A DNA stretch of 64,000 bases from Candidatus Poribacteria bacterium. Lineage in GTDB: Bacteria; Poribacteria; WGA-4E; PCPOR2b. Shown here one piece after another: positions 10,328 through 20,465 of the stretch (within the stretch, counting starts at the first letter, position 1; each line of letters opens with the position of its first letter). The stretch is taken from positions 4,544,001 to 4,608,000 of the forward strand of contig OZ220744.1 of NCBI GenBank assembly GCA_965116925.1, written 5' to 3'. Made by a program: the position numbers and the translations under genes. The notes under the pieces were generated by a model. That model ran no database searches. It saw nothing but the letters and a program-made list of their open reading frames with translations, and had not been told where the DNA came from.

Positions 10328-11269
10328 ATGGCAACCAAAATAGTGACAATGAATATGGACGATGCGTCCGCGGAGCGGATCCGTGCGGTGTCCGATCAGG
10401 TTGAACTTATAGTCGCCGGCTCTGAAGAGAAATTTGAGGCAGAACTCCCTAGCGCAGACATCCTGATTGGTGATGTTCGACCAAAATATTTCCCAACAGC
10501 GAAGCGGGTACGTTGGATGGCGTACTATTCGGCAGGGATTGACTTCCTGATGAGCCCGGAGATTGAAAAGAGTGATGTTATTATCACAACCGCGAAGGGC
10601 TTTGTCGGGATACACTTAGCGGAGCACGCATTCGCGCTCATCTTAGGTCTCACACGGGATGTCGCACTGGTAACTCGCAACGCCAGTTGGAGTAACAACC
10701 GTTTGATGGCGCGGGAACTAATCGATAGTACCATGGGGGTAATTGGACTAGGGGGTGCCGGGCGTGAGACAGCGAAACGCGCACACGCTTTTGGGATGCG
10801 GGTACTTGCCGTAGATCCGATGCCTGCGACGGTTCCCGATTATGTGGAGGCGTGTTGGGGATTAGACCGCTTCCATGATTTACTAGAGGTTTCCGATGTT
10901 GTTGTCATCTGCGCGCCGCTCACCCCGGAGACGGAGGAGATGTTCAATCGGGAGGCGTTTCGCCGTATGCAGCCCCACGCGTTACTAATCAATGTCAGTC
11001 GTGGTAGGATTGTCAACGAAGAGGCACTGATGGAGGCATTGGAACAGGGACTTATCGGCGGTGCCGGTTTGGATGTGCTGCCGGTGGAACCGGTGGCAGA
11101 TGATCATCCCTTGTGGAAGATGGAGAATGTGATTATTACCCCTCATATGGCTGGCAACTCGCCGATGCGGGGACCTCGATGGATGGACACATTCTGTGAG
11201 AATCTGAAACGATTTATGATGGGGGATGACGATCTGCTCAGCCGTTTCGACCAGACCAAAGGATATTAA
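10328..11269 (+). CDS. D-2-hydroxyacid dehydrogenase
   Basis: GVIGLGGAG, APLTPET, INVSRG, GAGLDV, ITPHMAG. Confidence 0.93.
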   Translation: MATKIVTMNMDDASAERIRAVSDQVELIVAGSEEKFEAELPSADILIGDVRPKYFPTAKRVRWMAYYSAGIDFLMSPEIEKSDVIITTAKGFVGIHLAEHAFALILGLTRDVALVTRNASWSNNRLMARELIDSTMGVIGLGGAGRETAKRAHAFGMRVLAVDPMPATVPDYVEACWGLDRFHDLLEVSDVVVICAPLTPETEEMFNREAFRRMQPHALLINVSRGRIVNEEALMEALEQGLIGGAGLDVLPVEPVADDHPLWKMENVIITPHMAGNSPMRGPRWMDTFCENLKRFMMGDDDLLSRFDQTKGY

Positions 11270-11397
11270 CTACTAGTCCTACTCGGCTCCGACTACGCCG
11301 AGAGTCTATGACTTGAATAGGTATATCCAAGCCATGCCCATTGATATGCAGTGGATTTGTCAATCCACGGCGACCGGTGATTGATTCGATTATTGAG

Positions 11398-12177
11398 TTA
11401 AGCGAGTGCTAGCAGGCAGTTATCGTCCAATGGTTCAATCGGCGTGAAGTCACGGTGAGCGATCCATTCTGGGCGTTTGAACTGGCGGATGTGGTTATCC
11501 ACATGGCAGAGGCTCAGATATACAATCACCCGATCCCACGGACTGATGTTAGGCGCGGAGGCGTGCACCATATTTGAGTGGAACATCAGCACGGTGCCCG
11601 GCAGCCCCTTGGGTGCGATGATCCCGCCTTCGTTTGCTAGGTGACGGATCCTGTCCTTGTCGAGTGTCCACAGCGGATAGGAGGTCGTCAATGTGTCATG
11701 TCCCGCCTCTATTACCCCCTGTTTGTGGCTACGCGGAATAAGGTAGAGAGGACCGTTGAATTCGGTTACCTCGTCAAGGAACACGGCAATGTTCATCGCC
11801 CGTGGTTGTGGCATCTGGTCATCGCGGGACCATGTGCCGTAGTCTTGGTGCCACTGCCAGACATCGCCGTTGAAAGCGGCTTTCCCGTTAATTTTGTACT
11901 GGTGCATGTACACCGGTCCACCAAGGAGCTGCATGACCGGCTCAATTAAGCGGGGATGCTGTCCCAAGCGGCTAAACGCCTCGTTGTAGGTATGTGCGGC
12001 GAAGGCAGTGCGAACCGCCTCCCCATCCTTTTCACGCCAGACCTCCTCGCGCCGCATGGCGAAAATCTTCGGGAGTTCATTTTTTAGGACATCGATTTCT
12101 GCTTGGCTGAACCGGTTTTTCAGGAGTACCCAACCGTCGGTATCGAAATGATGAAGCTGATCCTTTGTTAATTTCAT
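11398..12177 (-). CDS. PhyH-family Fe(II)/2-oxoglutarate dioxygenase (proline/ectoine hydroxylase-like)
   Basis: HQYKINGK, WQWHQDYGTW, NGPLYLIPRSH, HASAPN, R motif. Confidence 0.85.
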   Translation of the reverse strand: MKLTKDQLHHFDTDGWVLLKNRFSQAEIDVLKNELPKIFAMRREEVWREKDGEAVRTAFAAHTYNEAFSRLGQHPRLIEPVMQLLGGPVYMHQYKINGKAAFNGDVWQWHQDYGTWSRDDQMPQPRAMNIAVFLDEVTEFNGPLYLIPRSHKQGVIEAGHDTLTTSYPLWTLDKDRIRHLANEGGIIAPKGLPGTVLMFHSNMVHASAPNISPWDRVIVYLSLCHVDNHIRQFKRPEWIAHRDFTPIEPLDDNCLLALA

Positions 12178-12227
12178 GGCACGGTGCTCCTTGAGCCGTT
12201 CGGGGTTTTGAACTCTGGCTACCGCAT

Positions 12228-12306
12228 TTCTATATACATTGCGCTCCGCTGGAGCGCGGGGATTGGACGAATCGCTCTTCTATAGACATATTGCTCCTCT
12301 GGAGCG
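12228..12306. repeat. Tandem pair of short palindromic repeats (TTCTATAnACAT...GCTCCnCTGGAGCG)
   Basis: Two related ~30-bp units, each ending in a GCTCC-nct-GGAGC hairpin. Confidence 0.6.
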
Positions 12307-12366
12307 AAAGATAGGTTACTTCAGCTTTAACAGAAAACCGATGGATTTACGATAGCTATCGTTATA

Positions 12367-13887
12367 TCACTTGAATTGGAATGAGTAGAGCTTGGCGTTC
12401 TTGAAGTAGAAACGCAGCTTTATTGGTTTGCCAGCCAGTGTGCTCACGTCGGAATTACCGTTCCACGAAACGACTTGGCTAGTGCTTCCCACCGTGATTG
12501 AGTCAGCATCGTTGAAGCTAAATCCGGGCAACTTCTTATGGTTCGCCCTTAAAATTTCTACCTTTACTTCGCCGGGACTTGGACCCGCAGCAATCGGTGC
12601 CATGCTTGTGTTCAGATACAGGCGCGATCCGGAAAATCCGAATGGTCGAGTCGTCATCTGACCGAAGGACTCAGGTTCATGGAAGATTTGCCGCTCGCCA
12701 TAGATGTGTCGCAGCTCCTCCTCAGACCTATCCTTGACCACCCAACCCTTCCCACTGTCGAGAGAGACGAACCCGTCCAGACGTGAGACTGCCAGTCCAA
12801 TACCCTCCGCGGACTTGTCGCCCAACTCTAGAGCAATTTCAGGTGATCGGCTGTTGGTGCCGATGTAGTAGGTGAAGATGTTATCCCCGTGAATGATGGT
12901 GTCTTGAGCGTAGACGCTGCTGGAATCGAAATCCCCTCGTGCACCGCCGCGCGGGATGAAAGGCTCTCGGTAGTTGCGTTGAAAGTGGAATCCGTCTCGA
13001 CTGAAGACGATTTCGGGATGATGGGTCACGTTGGTGGTGCGGAAGATCCACAGCAGTCCAACGTAGACACCCTCGTAGGTGATGACCGGTAGGCTGTAGA
13101 ACTCGGTGTCAGGGAAGTCGTCTTTGTCCGGCACAAGAATAATCTCCGGCTCGCTCCAGTGGATCATGTCTGGGCTCTCAGCCCTGCCGATAAGCCGTTT
13201 TCCGTAAGGACCTCGCCAGTGGTGGCTTGCTTCCATAGTGACGTAGTACGTCTCGCGTATCGGGTCCCATCCTTGGAAACGACCCGCCCAACGTCCCAAC
13301 TCCTGTCCTGTATCAATGACGGGATTGCCTTTATAGGGAGTCCAGTTGATCCCATCCGGAGAATAGAAGAGATCGTATTGCATCCCGCGTTTCTGTGTGT
13401 CGCCGATCATGATTAACGCCTTGTACCGTTTGGCGGGATCTTTCTCGCGTAGGTCTTGGAATGCTGGTGCTGGGGGTAGACCCTCCTGTGTAGGAAGGAT
13501 GTTGTTGTCCGTCGAGCCATCGAATTCGACGAGTCCTAGCGATGGTCGTTCCCAGTGAATCCCGTCTTCAGAGGTTGCCAGGCACATCACGCTTCCTTGA
13601 GTGTCTAAGAGAAGCCCCGCGGCACCACCCGGAACCGGCTTCCCGTTTTCCAAATGGACGGTGATGGTTGCGGAGGAATACCACATTTTGAAGATCCCGT
13701 CAATCGGGTCAAAAATCACCTTATTGGGCCGCATGAAGTTTCCTTCCCACGGACGTTCCGGCCGGATGACAGGGTTGTTGTCCACCTTTACCGCGGGGTT
13801 CAGTCCCTGTTTTGCGTTGACCAAGCTCTCGATCAGGTAATCATCGAAAAAGAGCTGCTTGGTGGATCCAATATTGAGCATCGGCAT
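12367..13887 (-). CDS. Glycoside hydrolase-like five-bladed beta-propeller protein (GH32/GH43-like)
   Basis: NPVI, FKMWY, repeated SxDGIxW boxes, RLDGFVSL, C-terminal LAGKPIKLRF..KNAKLYSF. Confidence 0.7.
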   Translation of the reverse strand: MPMLNIGSTKQLFFDDYLIESLVNAKQGLNPAVKVDNNPVIRPERPWEGNFMRPNKVIFDPIDGIFKMWYSSATITVHLENGKPVPGGAAGLLLDTQGSVMCLATSEDGIHWERPSLGLVEFDGSTDNNILPTQEGLPPAPAFQDLREKDPAKRYKALIMIGDTQKRGMQYDLFYSPDGINWTPYKGNPVIDTGQELGRWAGRFQGWDPIRETYYVTMEASHHWRGPYGKRLIGRAESPDMIHWSEPEIILVPDKDDFPDTEFYSLPVITYEGVYVGLLWIFRTTNVTHHPEIVFSRDGFHFQRNYREPFIPRGGARGDFDSSSVYAQDTIIHGDNIFTYYIGTNSRSPEIALELGDKSAEGIGLAVSRLDGFVSLDSGKGWVVKDRSEEELRHIYGERQIFHEPESFGQMTTRPFGFSGSRLYLNTSMAPIAAGPSPGEVKVEILRANHKKLPGFSFNDADSITVGSTSQVVSWNGNSDVSTLAGKPIKLRFYFKNAKLYSFQFK

Positions 13888-13951
13888 GATTATTCTCCTT
13901 TACCAATTTTGGGAAGTAGGCGTTTACACGAGACTAACACCACTAAGTCAC

Positions 13952-14179
13952 TTACGATGGCTTCATTTTCATAAAGAGGCGCTGTTGTTCAACCAACCCG
14001 CTACTCAATCGCAACTCTCGGTTTTCAAAAGCCCATTGTAACATCCCATCCACTATGGCTTGGTTTTTTGCAAGATCATAGTTACGGAGTTCGTGACGTT
14101 TCACCGCTTTTAAGGCGACTGACGCACGTTTCCAGCTTTCAATCCATTGTTGAACATTCTCTTGAGGTGAAGTCTTCAT
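13952..14179 (-). CDS. Small hypothetical protein, possibly an orphan antitoxin-like gene
   Basis: 75-aa helical ORF with AAGGAAG RBS; WKRAS...SGLVEQQRLF pattern. Confidence 0.55.
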   Translation of the reverse strand: MKTSPQENVQQWIESWKRASVALKAVKRHELRNYDLAKNQAIVDGMLQWAFENRELRLSSGLVEQQRLFMKMKPS

Positions 14180-14201
14180 AGCAATCTTCCTTTTTCTTCT
14201 G

Positions 14202-14601
14202 TAGGACTTACGCAGTTAAAAGATGAGGTGTTAAGGTAGCATGAGTGAGATTAAAAAGGCTACGTTTCGCCTGCGAAAATCAAATTTTCCCATTTTTCCC
14301 GCGCAAATGGGAAAATTGCCCCTATTTCAGCATGAAACGTTTCGTCATGCCCACCAATCGTATTACAAACAGCTACAAACAATTACATTTTGCCTTCATC
14401 TTATCGTTGGGATTCTTATGGTTGATTGCAGATTGGGTAGGAGTTACGCACCTCCGTAGGGAATAACGATCGTTATTCCCTACAGAACCCTTGATGGTGG
14501 CTCCATTGTAGTTGCCCGATTCATCAGGTGTTGGACATTGTGTTCTGCAGCGATAAATCGCCGAACTACAGGGTTTTGAGCATTCAACTGCGTAAGTCCT
14601 A
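14202..14601. mobile_element. MITE-like element family C with perfect 16-bp terminal inverted repeats and nested palindromes
   Basis: TAGGACTTACGCAGTT (14202-14217) / AACTGCGTAAGTCCTA (14586-14601); no transposase inside. Confidence 0.7.
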
Positions 14602-14742
14602 TCTCTTTTTATCTGCGAAAATCAGCGAAATCTGCGTCCCTATTTGCTCTTAGGACTGAAGTGCATAAGTCCTATTCTGGCGTAAATAGCGATCAGTTTG
14701 TCGTAGAGCCAGCTACGAGTTTCTCCAAGCAAGAATCGGCAT

Positions 14743-16794
14743 CTACTGGACAGAATGAATCGTGGCCGTCACACCTTGTCCCGGGCGTTCCAAGTTACCA
14801 CTGTCGTCGACGGCTCGGCTTAGGATGGTGACGGTTCCCGGCTCTGTCGGCTGCCATTCATAGCTCCATGTCTCACATCCACTTGCTGGGTGCCAACTGA
14901 GGCCATTATCTACGGATACCTCGACCCCGGCGACTTGACCGTCAGTGTCTTGAGCGGTGCCGCGGATGACCAAAGTTTCCGGAGGCAGCGTCGCACCATC
15001 GGTTGGAACGAGGACCGTTGAAGCTGGAGGTTGCACATCGGTGGACGCGCTCGCCGGTGTCAGGTCATCTTGTAGCGTCTGCGGCTGCACATCCATGTCG
15101 GCAAACAGATTGACGGTCGCTTGTTGGATGTTCTTATCGGGACCGTTCAGATCCATACCCACTCGGGTGGAGCTAGAATTTGCACGCTCCGGCGGTATTC
15201 CTGTCTCGGTATCGTGGTGTGCATCCAAGCCCCAAGCCCATTGTATTGTGCCTGCGCCAAAAACCAACGCACCGCGGTGATTTGTAGAGTTACCTGCGCT
15301 ATTTGCAGACTGTTTGGGTGTCTCGCGACGATAGAGCGTCAGGTGATGCGTCGCGGTGCCCGAATCGTAAACTGTCCCGTTGTCCTGAAGGTAGGGAACG
15401 TTGTCGATGGTTGTCTCTGATAGGTGAAATAGACCGGGGGGCCGAAAGCCGTTGTCTATATCTTCATCCCACTCATGACCGAGCAGGCCCTTCAGCAAAA
15501 CGGCACTTTCGCCCGGCTTGAGTTTGGAGATTTCTGTGTTACGCCAGAATCGTAGGGCGGCGTATTTGGCTGGCACAATGAGCGGGTCGTTGCGCCATGC
15601 GTTCACCGTGAAGATGGTGCCGGTTAGGGCGTTTTCGGGCTGCGGTCCCTCCGGATTGAACGGTCGTGGATCACGCCATGTCCCGGTCCACACATCAGCG
15701 ACGGGATCAATTTTGGCGTTATCGTGTGTTTCCTTGTAGGTGACCAGCGTCCGATGCGGCACCTCTTCTCCGTCGATGGAAGTCTCCCATCGGGTTTTCC
15801 AAAATACTTCGTTACCGCTGAAAAAGGCGAGATTCACCCCTACATCGCGCGCTGCCTCGACATGCTGCCTCTGCTCAAGAGACCAGTATTCGTCGTGACC
15901 GACCGACAGAAACAGGCGATGCTTGCGAATCTCCTCACCGCGTCGATCACTATCGACACCGGTGAAGTAGGTGACATCGTAGCCGTTGGCTTCAAGCCAG
16001 CGGACACAAGGATATTCGGCGTTGAAAACCGTATTGACCGCCCGGTAATCGCGTGTCTTGAGCGGGCGGTTGTAACTCACCTTATAGGCACGGGGCGGAA
16101 TACCGATTGACCGTGGGAAACCCGGGTTAACGCGGCCATAGGTGCAGTAACCACCGTAGGGGTTGTAGGCTTGCCAAGTGGTATCGGAAGTTTGGAAGAG
16201 AATGTCGGAGTGACTGTCGTCGTTTCGCACGACGAAATAGATGTGGCTGGCTCGCGGTTCACGCAGGGCATTGGCAAGCCGTCCATGCCCCAACGCGCCG
16301 TAGGCGTGTGGTGAGGCAGTTGGTTTCTCCGTTGGGCCTTCTTGACTGTTGTCCGCCCGCCAACCTATGGGATCTGAGTCCTGTCGTACCAGACGCGCAA
16401 AATAGATTCCCGACGTTGCGTCTGAAGGTGCACCCCAAGATGCTGAGACTGCCCAGTTGCCACAATCGTAGAGGTGAGTGGCTTCGTCTCTTAGACCTTC
16501 CGGTTGATGCTGGGGCAGTTTGACCAATGGCTTGACCGTGTCAACACGACGCGCACCCATCCCACCGTAGTACCCCATTCGATAGATGTCTATCCGGTAG
16601 TCGGTCGAGTCAGTTTTGATCTTGAAGAAGATTGTCTCACCGCGATTGATGCTGATGTCATGACCGAAGCCTTGAATGGTTGGATCGCCCCAACCGTTGA
16701 TGTCCCATTCGGTTGGCGGATCCCCCGGCAGTTGGTTTTCTCGGACGATGTCATTGGCGGTTTGGGCATGATAATCCATCGATTCGAGGCTCAT
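14743..16794 (-). CDS. N,N-dimethylformamidase beta-subunit-like protein with C-terminal Ig-like domain
   Basis: IYRMGYYGGMGAR, TWQAYN, VSYNRP, WLEANGYDV, VGHDEYWS, FFSGNE; C-terminal VAGVEVSVD...SRAVDDSGNLE. Confidence 0.82.
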   Translation of the reverse strand: MSLESMDYHAQTANDIVRENQLPGDPPTEWDINGWGDPTIQGFGHDISINRGETIFFKIKTDSTDYRIDIYRMGYYGGMGARRVDTVKPLVKLPQHQPEGLRDEATHLYDCGNWAVSASWGAPSDATSGIYFARLVRQDSDPIGWRADNSQEGPTEKPTASPHAYGALGHGRLANALREPRASHIYFVVRNDDSHSDILFQTSDTTWQAYNPYGGYCTYGRVNPGFPRSIGIPPRAYKVSYNRPLKTRDYRAVNTVFNAEYPCVRWLEANGYDVTYFTGVDSDRRGEEIRKHRLFLSVGHDEYWSLEQRQHVEAARDVGVNLAFFSGNEVFWKTRWETSIDGEEVPHRTLVTYKETHDNAKIDPVADVWTGTWRDPRPFNPEGPQPENALTGTIFTVNAWRNDPLIVPAKYAALRFWRNTEISKLKPGESAVLLKGLLGHEWDEDIDNGFRPPGLFHLSETTIDNVPYLQDNGTVYDSGTATHHLTLYRRETPKQSANSAGNSTNHRGALVFGAGTIQWAWGLDAHHDTETGIPPERANSSSTRVGMDLNGPDKNIQQATVNLFADMDVQPQTLQDDLTPASASTDVQPPASTVLVPTDGATLPPETLVIRGTAQDTDGQVAGVEVSVDNGLSWHPASGCETWSYEWQPTEPGTVTILSRAVDDSGNLERPGQGVTATIHSVQ

Positions 16795-16859
16795 ATTGCT
16801 TTCCTTCTATTTTTACCCATCTGTGCTGCGTATCGATTCACAATCGCAGGTAAATGCTT

Positions 16860-17771
16860 TTATTGTCCCTGTGCTTCCGCCCAAGCCTTCAATGGAACAT
16901 CGTCCGGATTTTTTGTAATCCAGTATTGAGAGTGAGGTTGAAACTCAGGGGAAGTCCCCAACGGATTGTCCTTCGATGCCAATGCACCGAGTAATTGCTG
17001 TCGTATCGGTGAACTTTTGGCAATCAACTCTGGTGACTGCTCAATGAAGTCCGCCGGACGGAGCCACCGGTAGTGGTAGCCGACGTGCATAATCTTGCGC
17101 GTTTTGTCCGACAGATTCGGTCCGACACAGTGCCAAGTCGCTGTGCGCCACAGGACCGCGGCCCCGGGTTTCAACCTGAGTTCAACTGCCTCGGAGAGAT
17201 CAAGTTTACCTTGCGCTTCGCGCCATTCTTGTAGGGGGCGCAGGTGGCTACCCGGCATCAACCAGAGGTTGCCGGAATTGGACTCACTCAAATCAGAGAA
17301 GACGTAGAACACCTTAATCTCCATAAAGGGCAACCGCCCGTCCAGCGATGGTCCTTCAAAAAGCTCTTTGCCCGACAGATCTGGATGCCAACCGAGATTA
17401 TTGTAGCCAGCTTTCTGGTCGTCTCCGTCACCTACGCCAATAGCACCGGGCTTCAGGTCTTTTGGGTAAGGTGGACGGTAGTCGAGATGCGTGGTTCGGA
17501 TCTGGATATTCCAGCCGATAGCGTCAACAACCAACGGCAGCATTTTGGGGTGGTCAATTAGGTCAAGGAACGCCTCGTGCTGGGCTAACGCATTGCGGAT
17601 GGTGAAAGGGTCATTGGGTCCTCCGCCTTCGGCTTGACGAACCCTAACTTTTACTTCGTCAATGGCTGAAAGCAATCGGTCTAGCTCCTCTTGTGTCAAG
17701 AAATCTTCGAGGATAATATACCCTTTCTCGTCAAAGTCCTTCTCCTGCTGCGGTGTCATTGCTATTGACAT
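16860..17771 (-). CDS. Phytanoyl-CoA dioxygenase (PhyH) family protein
   Basis: FDEKGYIILEDFL, WHPD, GNLWLMPGSH, WHCVGPN..R. Confidence 0.88.
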   Translation of the reverse strand: MSIAMTPQQEKDFDEKGYIILEDFLTQEELDRLLSAIDEVKVRVRQAEGGGPNDPFTIRNALAQHEAFLDLIDHPKMLPLVVDAIGWNIQIRTTHLDYRPPYPKDLKPGAIGVGDGDDQKAGYNNLGWHPDLSGKELFEGPSLDGRLPFMEIKVFYVFSDLSESNSGNLWLMPGSHLRPLQEWREAQGKLDLSEAVELRLKPGAAVLWRTATWHCVGPNLSDKTRKIMHVGYHYRWLRPADFIEQSPELIAKSSPIRQQLLGALASKDNPLGTSPEFQPHSQYWITKNPDDVPLKAWAEAQGQ

Positions 17772-17829
17772 CGGTTTCTCTCCTTTTCATAGATTCGTTC
17801 AATACTACATAACACTCATTTATAGTGTA

Positions 17830-18219
17830 TCAGAAATAGATTAAGCGATAAATCCAGAGTCCTAGAACGAGAGCGATTCCAATTCCCGCAAGGGTATTTC
17901 GGATGGGGGCGGAGATTTGTAGCCAAGTATCTCGAAGCCGGGTCGGAGCGCATGAGATACCAAGAGCTAACGGAACCACAAAAAACACAAACGGATGATA
18001 ACCCCAAGCTGTAGCAAATTTACCTTGTGCAAGGGAAACACAGGCACGGGTCATGCCACAGCCGGGACACGATATATCCGTGATGAGGCGAAATAGACAA
18101 GGCATGAACTTCATCTTGTCGGGCGATATGCTTGACCATGCCGTGTATACAGTGACAAGGGCAAGTCCAATCAGGAAAAATCGTGCAAGATGTATGTGAT
18201 TAAACGTCTTCGCGTGCAT
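17830..18219 (-). CDS. DUF2752-like membrane protein
   Basis: CLFRLITDISCPGCGMTRA...AWGYHP; start moved to MHAK. Confidence 0.8.
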   Translation of the reverse strand: MHAKTFNHIHLARFFLIGLALVTVYTAWSSISPDKMKFMPCLFRLITDISCPGCGMTRACVSLAQGKFATAWGYHPFVFFVVPLALGISCAPTRLRDTWLQISAPIRNTLAGIGIALVLGLWIYRLIYF

Positions 18220-18583
18220 TGTAGAATTTGTTGATTTCCCACTGCTGGATTGCAAGCGATGCGATGCCAATACCAAAAAACGCGAGCAAGACACAAATCA
18301 CGGCTAAGGAATGATTCACGTGCAGACCGCTGTTCTCCTGAATTTCGTTGATTCCTACAGCCATCTTGTATTCGTAGTAGAGACCAAAAATACCACACGT
18401 CAGGATGCAGAGAAATAGCCAAAGCCAAAAACGATAATCGGTTCTCCCTAACCAGCCGTTGAGCGTTTCCATCTGTTTGTATTGCCAATACAGCGAGTAA
18501 ATCCCGCAGGTCAGAAGGCTAAAGATGATTCCGAAGGCGATACTTCTGACGCCGTCAGCCCTTGGATACGGGTAGTTCCGCAT
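18200..18583 (-). CDS. DUF4234-like membrane protein
   Basis: Duplicated LTCGIY/F.LYW/Y.YK motif and Q.EIN tail; GGAGG RBS. Confidence 0.8.
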   Translation of the reverse strand: MRNYPYPRADGVRSIAFGIIFSLLTCGIYSLYWQYKQMETLNGWLGRTDYRFWLWLFLCILTCGIFGLYYEYKMAVGINEIQENSGLHVNHSLAVICVLLAFFGIGIASLAIQQWEINKFYNAREDV

Positions 18584-18668
18584 GGTAGACCTCCTACCCT
18601 AAAAATTTAAGTGTGATCAGAAACAAAGGACCTAACCCTTGTCAGGGGATAAGCGGTAACACACCCAT

Positions 18669-20342
18669 CTATGACGGTGTCCACGCCCGCGGAGCAATGC
18701 CTTCGACGTGCGTTTTTACATCGACAACCACTGGCCTTTCCGCGGAGAAAGCCTGATCCAGTGCACTCGACAGTTCGCTCGGTTTATTGACTGTGATGCC
18801 GAGACAGCCCATCGATTCGGCAATTTTTGCGAAATCGGCGTCAGGGAACAGCCAGAGTTCATCGGAGCCTTTGGTCCGTCCGCCGTAGACAGATTCAACG
18901 CCGCCCTGCTCTTGATTCAGGGAATGATTGTTGTTGACCAGAATGACGGCATTAATTTCGGATTTCACGGCGGTTTCCAAATCTCCCAAGTGATACCAGA
19001 TGCCACCATCGCCGGTGAAGCAGAGTACGGGTCTATCCGGTTGAGCACATTTGGCACCCATCGCCGCAGGCAACCCCCAGCCGAGCGAACCGGAGCAGCG
19101 AATGAATATCTGATCGGGATGTTTGAGATCGAGCATCGTGCCGGTCCAGACTCCCGAATGCCCTGTGTCGGAGACCAGAATTGCATCAGATGGCAGCAGG
19201 TCGGTCAGTTCTTTGCAGAGGCGTTCCGGTCGCATCGGCACGATCTCCGAGTTTGCCATATCGCTGACGCTCTCTTTCCAGTTCCGAACCAGTTCTTGGA
19301 CTCGGTTGATCCATTCTGTCCGCGGTTCAGCGGTTTCCGCACCATCAATCATGCGGCGCAGCGAGTTTCTGATATCGCCCTGCATCCCCAACTGAATCGA
19401 GTAGTTGCGGCCCAGTTCCTCTGGATTGATATCGAGTTGGATGACCGGCGTTCCTTGCGGCGGGATGCTGTATCCGTTGGTCACCTGCCCGCCGGTATGG
19501 CTCCCAATGAAGAACACCAAATCCGCCTCACAGACCGCTTGGTTCGCACAATCTCGCGAGTATGAGCCGGGGACGCCGACCGCTAACGGATGGTCGTAGG
19601 GGAACATCGCCTTCGCGTTGAGAGCGGTGGCAACCGGTATGGAGAGTTTCTCCGCAAGCGCGATAAGTTCGGCACGCGCTCCTGAAGCGGTCACACCGCC
19701 ACCGGCAACGATGATGGGACGTTTGGCGTTGGCGAGCAGTTGGAGTGCTTCTGTTACTACCTCGATCTCCGCTTCGGGTCGGAAAGGCGGCAGTTGGGTA
19801 AAGGGTCCTTCGATAATAACTTCCAGATCCGCCTCGCGTTCTACGACTGCTTGACCGGCGAGACCTTCGAGATCCAGATGTACGGGTCCCGGGGTGCCGG
19901 ATGTGGCGGAACGGAAGGCTTGACGCAGGTAGATCGGGAGTTGTTCCGGCGTAGCGACAAATGCGCTATATTTGGTCACCGCTGAAAACGGGTTGATGTG
20001 ATCTACTTCCTGATACGCGTGGCGTTGTTGGTTGATTTGACTCTCCCGACCGGTGATAGCGATGACCGGGGAGCAAGCGAGGTAGGCATCTTGTAGTCCA
20101 GCGGCGAGATTAACCGCACCCACCGACTGCGCCATACAGAGGCTTGGTGCGCGTTTGACACGAGCGTAGGCATCTGCCATATATGCGGCGCCTTTTTCCC
20201 CGTGGGTTTGGACGCGCTTTATCCCCAGTTTTTCCATCTCCATCAACGCCCTCGGTGCGATGTAGGGCATAAAAAAGACGTGGGTAATTCCGTAACCGTG
20301 GACTGTATCTGCGATGAATTTACTTCCTGTCATTTGAGGCAT
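18669..20342 (-). CDS. Thiamine pyrophosphate-dependent enzyme (acetolactate synthase-like)
   Basis: HGEKGAAYMADAYAR, PGPVHLD, GSLGWGLPAAMGAK, GDGG...NN TPP motif. Confidence 0.92.
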   Translation of the reverse strand: MPQMTGSKFIADTVHGYGITHVFFMPYIAPRALMEMEKLGIKRVQTHGEKGAAYMADAYARVKRAPSLCMAQSVGAVNLAAGLQDAYLACSPVIAITGRESQINQQRHAYQEVDHINPFSAVTKYSAFVATPEQLPIYLRQAFRSATSGTPGPVHLDLEGLAGQAVVEREADLEVIIEGPFTQLPPFRPEAEIEVVTEALQLLANAKRPIIVAGGGVTASGARAELIALAEKLSIPVATALNAKAMFPYDHPLAVGVPGSYSRDCANQAVCEADLVFFIGSHTGGQVTNGYSIPPQGTPVIQLDINPEELGRNYSIQLGMQGDIRNSLRRMIDGAETAEPRTEWINRVQELVRNWKESVSDMANSEIVPMRPERLCKELTDLLPSDAILVSDTGHSGVWTGTMLDLKHPDQIFIRCSGSLGWGLPAAMGAKCAQPDRPVLCFTGDGGIWYHLGDLETAVKSEINAVILVNNNHSLNQEQGGVESVYGGRTKGSDELWLFPDADFAKIAESMGCLGITVNKPSELSSALDQAFSAERPVVVDVKTHVEGIAPRAWTPS

Positions 20343-20369
20343 ACTGTTTTCTCCTATGGGAACGATTTT

Positions 20370-20460
20370 GGCTCATGTAAAAACGAGGTGCAATACACGA
20401 AGAGAAACCGAGTTTTGAAGAAAAAACTCGGTTTCTTTGTACTAAATCTTAACATGAGCG
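20370..20460. mobile_element. MITE family B copy 2 with AGAAACCGAGTTTT-gaagaa-AAAACTCGGTTTCT hairpin
   Basis: Same ends as 8023-8154 but a different internal palindrome. Confidence 0.7.
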
Positions 20461-20465
20461 TTTTT

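Noticed and set aside
11398..12177. Assigning the gene symbol ectD
   Set aside because: The signature deviates from EctD and ectABC are absent.
14241..14466. Short ORFs of 72 and 73 aa
   Set aside because: They lie in a palindrome-rich repeat element and show no protein-like features.
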